This document shows positions 54,621-64,000 of a stretch of 64,000 bases of DNA, piece by piece. Source of the stretch: Paramecium tetraurelia (taxonomy: Eukaryota); contig CT868028.1 in the NCBI GenBank assembly GCA_000165425.1, positions 1-64,000 of the forward strand, read 5' to 3'. Within the stretch, counting starts at the first letter, position 1; every line of letters starts with the position of its first letter. Under the pieces are notes generated by a model, which did no database searches, had not been told where the DNA came from, and worked only from the letters and a program-made list of their open reading frames with translations. Made by a program: the position numbers and the translations under genes.

Positions 54621-55115
54621 TCAATAAAAATCAAAATCAAGGTTATCCTAGTTCTCCCAAGGACTGAAATCTATAGTGGGTTCACTCTTTTTAATCTTCA
54701 TTCTCTATGATGCTCTTCTTCGCTTCATTTAATACAATTTTTAAAACTAGTTTTATTTTCCTTAATTAAGTGGCATTTCAATAATATTTTCTTTATTGCT
54801 TAATACTGTCCTCTGAGGAATCGGAGGCTTAATCGGATACTGAATTTGAGGTAGATGTTCATCTTCCATTTCAGTTTTAATCTCAAATGACTACCTTCTC
54901 AGTCTCTGTCTCTCCAATTTCATATGAATAATTTTCAATGCATTTTCGCTGGTCTTCCCCAATTCCAATCCTTTATAATAATTCTATTTGATTTCACAAA
55001 TCTCGGTGATCTACCTCAATCTCTCTACTTTCATGGAAGTAGACCGCTGTTCTTTAGTAGATCTAAAGATGAAATTGTAACAATTTTATCGTTTATTTTA
55101 TTGACAGTTGATCAT
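54621..55115 (-). CDS. Hypothetical protein
   Basis: Code-6 ORF with one 22-nt intron near the 3' end. Confidence 0.55.
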
Positions 55116-55205
55116 TTTAATTTATGAATTCCATAAAAATTATTCCAATCTCCACTAATTGAGAAGTACTCATGAACAATATATAATTGATAATATTAAC
55201 AAATA

Positions 55206-56117
55206 TCAAATGTCATCCTCCTAGATGATGTGATCACCCTCTAATTTAGGAATAGCTATTCTACTTTTTGGAACTAAACTCGATCCGAATTGAATCTTGC
55301 TCAACAATGTCCAACCACCCGATGCTGTTAGAATCAAGATAATCAAAGCAAAAAAAAATAAAAACACTTACTCCAAAGTATTCCCGTTATCCGTCTACTT
55401 ATTAGGTTTTTCGATATTCTTGCAAAACGATATCGAAATATTGATATATTTTGAGCACATCGTTGATAGGAATTCATCATATGGAGTATTAGTTATATCA
55501 GAAGAATCCAAATGTACAGAAAAAGAAGTTTGATTATATTACAATTCTTTGTATTGATTCAATATTTTATTAGTTCTAATTTCTTAATTCACTTCCTCAC
55601 CTTCCTCAAAACTATTCTCAACACAGGTGTCTATCCCTTCGGTTGATATATTGTTATTAGAAAAATAGGTCTAAGCGCAGTTAACCATTGTTGATTTCTT
55701 ACATTATTATCCAAAGTAAATTGTATAATTGAAATAATGATTAGGTAGTACTTACAACACACATTATTGACGCAATAGCTCTTTTAATATGACTTAACCT
55801 GATGCATAATCAGAATACTCTATGTTTAAGTTAAATAATAATACGGCAATATCTGCCTCCTCCCAAGCAATTTTTTTCGGGCTGTTTGAATTGATGACGC
55901 TTGTAACAACTATAGCAAGGCAAGAGATGTTGGACAATATTCACTTTCACTAGGATAAATGATTATCTATAATGTTACATCCATTCTGATGAAACTCATC
56001 GTAATGTTTTGAAAAACTGCTAAAGAAGTCCAGGTAGGAGTTGTCTGAGAAATCTAAGCCTATTGTTAGATTGGCATCTTTTGACACTGCTATTGCTATT
56101 AATATAAAGTATAACAT
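55206..56117 (-). CDS. Vacuolar sorting receptor (VSR/BP-80)-like type-I membrane protein, short form
   Basis: Signal peptide; CYSC..NCLGGGRYC..GQVILKELLRQQCV..YFNY; C-terminal TM. Confidence 0.75.
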
Positions 56118-56424
56118 TAAATTAAATTTTATAATCGGAGCTTATCGAATGTAACAGAGTGAATCAATTTATTTTCAGAACTCTCCTGCGATATAATAAA
56201 TTTTAAATTCAAAAACTAAAACTTAATATGACTGGTTGATATTTGAATAATAATCAATTTAACATTATGATTCCATATTATAAAATTATTTTATTAATTA
56301 ATAAATACTCAATTAGTGTTGCAAAATGATCCATTGATTGGGTGTATTTTTTATGACTTTAACCATTTGAGTCTTAGATATGGTACTGAAGAATTAAAGT
56401 TAATGTTATTAAAATGATATAATA

Positions 56425-57068
56425 TCAATTTTATTGTTATAAAAAGTGAACAATTTTTAAATGCCTCCATCTTTAGGCAACTTCCAATGGGGTTTCTTCA
56501 ATCCCATTGATAGTTACCGGTATTTATGGGTTAGCTCCTTTTTCGATCAAAATTTTACATATTTCTAGATGACCCAATTTAGCAGCTGCATACAAGGGTG
56601 TTATGCCTTTCTAATTTTTTTTGTTAACTAAACTGTGTTGGCTCTTTTGGTCATAGAAATATCTTCATAAATGTGAATTACTTACTTTTTCGGATCCTTA
56701 TTTAATATTTCCTCTATTATATTGGGTGGGAAGCCTTTTTCAATGAATGAGAAAAGAACTTATTACATTTGAATATTTTTTAAAGCATCATTAAAGTTGC
56801 GACTGCTATCTGATCTTGGTTTTGTTAGGACATCAGGTCTGTACCCACTAATGGTTAGTTCGTCCTTGGGTTAAAATAAAGAAATTACTGGAGAGTTCAA
56901 TCTCTTCGTTTTAGGATTCTGTAGTAACCTGATGGTGTTGATGGCATTACGAAAGCTTCTCCAGTGCTTCAAGCCATCTCCGTCAGAAAAGGGCACTCTA
57001 TTAGATAAGATCAAGAATTACGTATCAGGCTAAAGGTTCCTAAGAGGAATATTCAATTTCTTTTTCAT
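56425..57068 (-). CDS. Ankyrin repeat protein
   Basis: GITPLYAAAKLGHLEICKILIEKGANP; TPLEVAQRWRHLKIVHFL. Confidence 0.88.
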
Positions 57069-57092
57069 ATTATAAAAATGATTAATAGTTAT

Positions 57093-57752
57093 TCATTTAA
57101 CGAGTATACAGTTATTCAAAACATAATCAAGGACCAGGGAGGGGTTCTTGAATCTCAAATCAGCTAATTTCACATAGGAATCGTTGGAAATACAGAGCAT
57201 TACTTGTTTCTTCTTGCTGATCTTGGCTTGTTCCCAATTTTTAATGTCTTTAATGAGATTGCAATCAATTCTACTAGCTTGTTTAAATTCTCCATCAATC
57301 TTTTCGTATGTTAGGATGGTAGTGGAGGAGAGTTTAATGGTTGATTTGGAAGGAAGCTACAATGGTTGATAGGATTAGACATTGGGTGTTTGTTTAGTGA
57401 ATTTAGTTGTTTGTTTTGATTGACAATTACATTGTTATTTAGTGGACTTGGAGCCGTCGTCACTATCATCATCAAACTGGACATCTGGGAGATCCAATTC
57501 AGTGCCTTTGTAGAATAGTCTCTTGTCTTGGGAGGGATACAATTTATCTGCGATTTGCTTACTGAAAATAAGGTTAAATTTTTCAATTTATTCAGAGGGC
57601 AGATTGGCAGCTTGTCTATAGATGAGATTGCCAGCCTTGGTTTCAACTATGTAAGTAGGATGAGAACGTTTGCTTTCTAGTTTGGAGAATACAATGCCAA
57701 CTATTTTTTGGGAATCAGACATAAGAAATTATATTGAATGTTTGAATTCCAT
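57093..57752 (-). CDS. Hypothetical protein (219 aa)
   Basis: Intronless code-6 ORF. Confidence 0.75.
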
Positions 57753-57888
57753 TGGAATGGATTATTAATTAATACTCAAAACATGGACCAAAATGTGAGT
57801 GAGAGATACATTGAGATATGCAATAATTACATTTATTGTGGTAATTGATGATTATAATATATTAAATAAATAATTCAGATTGGGATTA

Positions 57889-58715
57889 ATGTTTCAAAAT
57901 AAGTACATAAGTGTATTAATTCCAATAGAACAGACTATGACAGAGGAGTGAACACATTCTCACCAGAAGGTCGTCTATTCTAGGTGGAATATGCATTGCA
58001 AGCAATCAAATTGGGAGCGAGTGCTTTGGCCATAAAAGTGAATGATGGAGTGGTATTGGCAGGAGAAAGAAAATTGAATTCAACTCTTTTGGAGCCTAGG
58101 AGTATTGAGAAGATCTATGAAATTGACACTCATATTGCTTGCACCGCCTCTGGTTTCATTCCTGATGCCAGAACTTTAGTTGAACATGCCAGAGTTGAAT
58201 CTCAGAATCATAAATTCAATTATGGTGAACCCATCAATGTTAGAGCACTCACTTAGATTGTTTGCGATTAGGCTCTTGATTTTGGAGAGAGTGATTCCAA
58301 AAGCAAAACAAAAATGTCAAGACCTTATGGAGTGGCGCTATTGATTGCTGGTGTTTCCGATCATGGCCCTCAAATTTACTAAACTGGTATTGAATTGAAT
58401 GAGTCTAGATCCCACTGGTACTATGATTGAATACTAAGCCAAAGGAATTGGAGCAGCAGACGAAGGAATCCAAAGCATTCTCAAAGAATAATACAAATAA
58501 GTAAGATCGTATATTAAGTCAGGATCTGACCTTGGAGTAAGCTGAGAGATTGGCCATCTTATGTCTCAAGAACGTGATGGAAGAGAAAGTAAGAATGTGT
58601 GATAATATCTTAGATCAATAATTCCAATGTAGAATTGGCTGTAATTACAACTGCAGAGAGAAGATATACCTAAAGAACACCAGAACAAATATAAAGTCTA
58701 ATTGACAAAGTTTGA
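57889..58715 (+). CDS. PSMA5: 20S proteasome subunit alpha 5
   Basis: [47 protein letters not shown]; four short introns. Confidence 0.96.
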
Positions 58716-58748
58716 AATATTATATATCTATAATAAGTATAATATGAG

Positions 58749-59421
58749 TCAATTACGCGAGGTGTTTATTTTAAGAAGAGTGTTGGACTTCTTATTTTAA
58801 AAAAAACTATGGAAACTCTGAAAATGGTGATCATCCTCTATATTGTAGGGTTGTGAATAATCAGTGTCATCTTCAAACACAATTTATTTCTAAGGGAAGT
58901 ATTTTTTAAAAAGTTGTCTGTCAGTCGAAGCGTATCCAACTGCGACTTTGATGACTTCCTCATTTTTTATGTATTGCTACTGTCCTGGGAAACCTCTTTC
59001 ATTTCAATAAATCATACCCAAATCTTGCTTTGTACAATTATAAAAATTATCCAACAGAAGGTTTCGATTCTTCCATTGTCATTTTCTTTACTCGCAAATC
59101 TTAATTATTATCCCAAATTTCGTATTCCTCATCAGCACTTACATTACTATCTGATGTTATGACTGACAACAGCGATGGTCTTTGTTGACAATTTATACTG
59201 GTTTGGCGATTATAAGGATTTCGAGGTTAAACCAAAGGATTACTATTTTAATTCACCTGAGGTCTTAATGGATAAGGAGTCATTTATTTTATCGTTCTGG
59301 GTTGTGGCGTATAAGATTTACACTTGATACTGTACTACAAAGATGCTAACAGCTCTCCTGCCTTCCTTATTTTTGATTAGCTATTATTCACTCTAAAGCC
59401 ATTCACCTAAGTTTTTTTCAT
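58749..59421 (-). CDS. Hypothetical protein
   Basis: Code-6 ORF with one 22-nt intron. Confidence 0.6.
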
Positions 59422-59566
59422 TATTATATTAATTAGCTATTAAATCATAATAAACAAGTTAATCATAACTGGGTTAATTGAAAAGTACAATTAAACAACT
59501 TTATATTAATGATTATCAATTAATTTCTAATTTAATGATATGGTTATATTATATATATATATATTA

Positions 59567-61125
59567 TCAAAAGGTAAAATATACGATACTGTTGCTATCT
59601 TTGTTAATTTACCTAATCGTACAATTTGTCTCGAGATGAATTTGGAGAGACATTCTTTGTCTAAGCGACTTTCAAGATGATTTAGTTGTAAACATTTGTT
59701 TAAGTGGTATCACAACGCTTTGGAGGGATGACTCACTTTTAGGTCCATCCGAGGTGAGCTATCACTTTAGTTGATTATTTTATATATCCAAATTAATCAA
59801 TTAGCTTATTAATAATTCAGTTTAAAAAATTTTAGATTATATTCATTTAATAGAAATTCTTCGTTGCATTATCAAGACAATTAAACAATTTCTTCATTCT
59901 TTAATATGATAATGTGTTCTAATACTGTTTGAAGAGTTACATCAAATGCTTTTCTAATCTAACTTGATTTTATGATTAATAATTAGTATCAAACTGAGTC
60001 TCGTTCTATTACTTATCCCAACTCAAAACTAGAGTGAACTCTTCATCTCCAATCCCGTTTTCTAATTTCATCTGATAAGCCATCCACACCTAAAGTACCT
60101 ATAAATCATCTGAGTATTCCATACATCTCTCCTAAGAATTGAAAATGGTACTCTCTGATAATTGCTGTAAGTATTTGTAAAATATTGTACTACAAAGTGG
60201 GATTCTCATAAATAATTGAAAGTTATCCAAAATGATAGATGGGATCAATGGCAATCTTATTAATGTACTCTACTGTATTGGAGCATAGATGACGAAATAG
60301 AATTCAACCATGCTTCTAGAAATTTAGGAGATGAGCATAATGATCAACGAAAGTGGAAATTTAGTAGTTCCACTGTAAATTTTGCAATCTTTCTCATTAA
60401 TAAAATAACTGATGAAAGTATTAATGTATAACCATATAGCATAGATAATTATTGGCTTATTGACAAATCTTTGAAGTGTATCAAATTGTGGTATATGGAT
60501 TTTTGAATTCCAATATATGATCAACATAAATAAAGTGATTTCTATTGTATTATTAATTGCTTCCACTAGGTTGATCTCTTCGTATTGAATGAGATCATTA
60601 ATATAGTGTTACTCTGTGTGGGATATATCGCTAATATAAAGTTTTACGATGTAATAAATTCCTGACCACAATGCAGATGTCATGAAGAGTGCTGCAAATA
60701 AAATACGCAACTAATCTTTAAATAGTTTGGTACATAAGAAGGTTAAGATGAATGAGGACTTGCTATTCAAATGAAATGCAAGTGCCACTCTGAGTGATTT
60801 GAATACTGTGATATATACAAAGAGTCCTCTAAAAAAGTTCTAAAAGATCATCAGAATTTTAATGATATGAAAATTGTACTTTTCATCGTAAACTATCACA
60901 AATATGGTTATGACTATAAATAGATAAAGTGACAATCCTTGGAATATCGTCAAAAGGGGTGACAATTCCTAAATTGGGTTCCAATTCCTTAAGTTATAAA
61001 TTTAGATAAGATTCCTTATAAATATGAGAGTAATAAGAGCAAGAAAAACTATAGAAGGTATAAGTATTTGTTCAGATATTTGAAAACAAAATTATTACAT
61101 TTAATTTATGTGAAACCCAACTCAT
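59567..61125 (-). CDS. Multi-TM protein resembling a degenerate cyclic-nucleotide-binding-domain ion channel (boundaries approximate)
   Basis: Several TM helices, helical linker, then YFGQL/FGE-like element; no GYGD filter seen. Confidence 0.5.
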
Positions 61126-62281
61126 TCAATATTACATAAAAATCAATATAAAAGTAATATCATCGATCACCTTATTTCCCTTCTGTACCCAACTAACGTG
61201 AGCCATTTCCAACAAGTGATTGCAAGCAGTTTCAACATCCATTCTGTCAACATACGGAGTAACAGAATCCAGAATGTCTTATTAAGAAAGAAACTCAAAC
61301 ACTCCATCCGATCCTAACAGGATAACCCTATCCATTTTCTCAAGTATGAAATTGAAGATCTCTGGTTTGTCAATTACTCCCACTGCTTTAGCCACTTGAT
61401 CCCCAATAGACCTTGTCATAGCCAACCCTGGTACATTGCCATTATTCCAAACTCTCAATGGCCCACAGGTCTACCCATTCTAATCCTTATAAGGTTCAAT
61501 CCTTCCTCCCTGATTCACTATACGTTCTGCCTCATCTTGGCAATCTGGTTTATGATCTCGCGATAGATTTTTGAGAAACCATTTATTAGTTCGACTCAAC
61601 ATAACTGCTCGCGAATCCCCTAAGTTTGGACAATAAATCTCTTTTAAATTGTTTTCAATACTTTATTATGCAACATAAATAAACCAACCACAGTTGACCC
61701 AGAGTATGACTAATCGATAGATGATTGATCCAAGGCTTTGATTACTAGAGCGAATATCGTATATATGGTGGCATATGGACTAGTTTAAGTTATTGTAATG
61801 GATACTTGTTTTCCAATTGATTCTTGAATTTAGTGATGTAAATGGGGAATTACTATTTGAGGAAATTTGAGATATGGTGTCCATGAATGCCATGACCATC
61901 ACAAATGAAAAAGAAGTGCATATACGATTTATTTCCTATGTTTGGAAACACTATGAACGAATCCTAATTCTATTTATTTGGATTCCCTATTTACATTCCT
62001 TGTCTTGTTCTCACTGCAAATTTGAGGATATATTCAAAATTCGAGTCCAAACCATATTTTTCAATCTGCAGGGTGTTTTTCTGGGTGATAGGAGGAGAAT
62101 GATGTTACTACTTTTTTATGGATCTAGCAGAATTCTTTTCATGTAAACTGAAGAGTGGTTTTCTGAGAGTCACAGGCGAAAACGAGTTTTAATATGGATT
62201 CACCTTAAATTATGGATTGACATGGTTTGTCAATTTTAATGGCAAGAGTTGTTGTTTGTATTTATTATTTAATTATTTCAT
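61126..62281 (-). CDS. PP2C family protein phosphatase
   Basis: NQDSF, ICDGHG, SGST, NLGDSRA, SRDHKP, PGLAMTRSIGD, LGSDGVFE, DDIT. Confidence 0.95.
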
Positions 62282-62292
62282 AATTTATTAAT

Positions 62293-63164
62293 TCAGACAT
62301 CAAATCCAAAGTACCCCAATATGTATTGGATTTTCTCTCCTTCATTGACTTGCCATCTACTAAGTATTGATTGCCAAATGAATTCAATTATTCTTATATT
62401 ATCTTGCTATCCATTTCTGTATGCCAACCCATAATCATAAGAAACCTTATGCCAAAGTTCTGGTCATTCTTCTTTATTGTATAAGTCCCCTTGAGTATTC
62501 ATTTAGACTTGAACCATCCTTATAATAGTACACAATCGTGATATATTTCAAATCCATGACAACAGGACCCTTACTTATAATGTGATCTTGTATGTCTTGG
62601 GTTACTGTAAGTTCTATAAGATCATTAGCTTTCAACGCTGATTTCTTCAAACTTAAGTCGTCTCATCTGATTAGACATTTGTTCTTTAGCTTGAAATTGA
62701 CAGTCTGCTTATATGAAAGACATTTATTGATACTAAGACCGTTCTCTGTCAAATAGCTTGTTTATTTAGTAAGTTAAGGTGATACTTCTTAATACTATTA
62801 ATAATCCGTAATGATTTGGAAGTAGAAGAACATTTTTCTTCATCCCATTTGGTATATTGCAATAATTCCTCTACTTAAAGACAAGGTTACTTGAATGTTG
62901 ATTTGAGACAATTAGTCAAGTTTTGGTAGAGATGTGAACCCCCAATTTTCTCTTTGGCAAAGACCCTGCCATATAATGGATTGAATACTTCAAGGAACAC
63001 TGTCTAATAGCAATTGTCCATCTGGGTTATCAGATTAGAGTGCTTCAAATCCAGATGTCACATCAGATTCCTTTGGGCGATATATGAGGATACTAGGAGT
63101 CTATTCTAGACCAACAAGGGTAACAACTAACTACGATTATTGTGAGTGTAGTATATCTATTCAT
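62293..63164 (-). pseudogene. Disrupted, non-catalytic papain (C1A/cathepsin B-like) homolog
   Basis: Signal peptide; IISKGPVV..YYYKDG.TY, FLMIMGW, LNSFGNQYLVDG; about three 1-nt frameshifts and an in-frame TGA near 62663. Confidence 0.65.
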
Positions 63165-63204
63165 TATATAATAATATTGAGACTGTTAATTATTTTAAAT
63201 TCCA

Positions 63205-64000
63205 ATGAAGCATAGAGCAGCTGCGAATAGTCTGAATCAGAAGGAGAATGAAAAATGCATAGGCAATCAATATTCATACAAGTCAAGACCTCCTTTGTAA
63301 TAAGATTTACTGATGAGCTTAAAGAATTAACAACTCAGAAATCTTGATGCCATCAGTTAGATTCTATAATCCAAAATTTGTAAAGTTGAAAAACGTGATA
63401 ATGTTGAATACTTCAAATTCGACTTCAAAAAATAACAGAATATCTGTGACAGAGTTAAGTTTCTTAGTAATTAACCTGACGATGATATCAATAAAACTGA
63501 GATCTTTAAAGCTCAATATAAGGTTGGGAGTCGCATCGGCCAAGGAGCTTATGCCTCTGTCAGAGTGGCTATTTAAATTGAAACTGGCACTAAGGTGGCT
63601 ATCAAAATATACGAGAAATCTAAAATACGCGATTTATAGCGTCGCAAAGGAGTGCGTAGAGAAATCGAAATTCTTGAAAAGTTGGATCATCCAAATATTG
63701 TCAAGATCATCGACACCTTGGAATCCAATAATCATGTCAATATTATTATAGAATATGTGAGTGGAAGTTCACTCCACCATTTCATTCGAAAATAATAGGT
63801 ATACTCTTTATATCAATCTCATTAGGAACGCAGACTCGATGAAGACACTGCTAAAACTATATTTAAATAGATCCTTGATGCTGTTTAATATTGTCACTCC
63901 AAAAACATTGCTCACAGAGATCTCAAATTAGAAAACATTCTACTAGAAGCCTAAACACCCAAACTCATAGATTTTGGCTTCTCCACTTCCTTTCCCATCG
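63205..64000 (+). CDS. CAMK/MARK-like Ser/Thr kinase (runs off the window)
   Basis: IGQGAYASV, VAIKIYEK, HPNIVK, HRDLKLENILL, IDFGFS. Confidence 0.93.

Noticed and set aside
62270..62450. Possible papain-PP2C fusion
   Set aside because: On careful reading the two frames differ; PP2C has its own ATG at 62281
1..64000. Prokaryotic systems (CRISPR, CBASS operon, IS elements), tRNA/rRNA genes
   Set aside because: The sequence is eukaryotic ciliate DNA with introns; no repeat-spacer arrays, transposases or RNA genes were recognised

Overview
Chromosome end of a ciliate macronuclear genome, almost certainly Paramecium (aurelia-type). Evidence: mixed C3A3/C4A2 telomere repeats at the left end, very AT-rich sequence, genetic code 6 (TAA/TAG=Gln, TGA the only stop), 20-35 nt GT..AG introns and intergenic gaps of tens of bp. 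The supplied standard-code ORF track is mostly fragments or antisense noise, so I re-translated by hand in code 6; boundaries are manual and some are approximate. Bases 0.1-17.4 kb form a fast-evolving subtelomeric block. It holds two paralogous tandem pseudo-GTPase genes flanking an LRGG|GCC-NACHT-like-pentapeptide-WD40 gene, a head-to-head P-loop GTPase with an RBR-RING2-like Cys motif, and a large surface protein; several of these carry disablements. From 17.5 kb on there is a dense run of housekeeping and ciliate-specific genes (BRX1, eIF4E, uL1m, RBR E3, DHHC, CRC, IFT57, V-ATPase H, PSMA5, kinases, PP2C and others). The stand-out is a roughly 2,400-aa gene (40214-47525, minus) that fuses a BIRC6-type E2 (UBC) domain in frame to a complete UBA1-type E1, with both catalytic cysteines intact.
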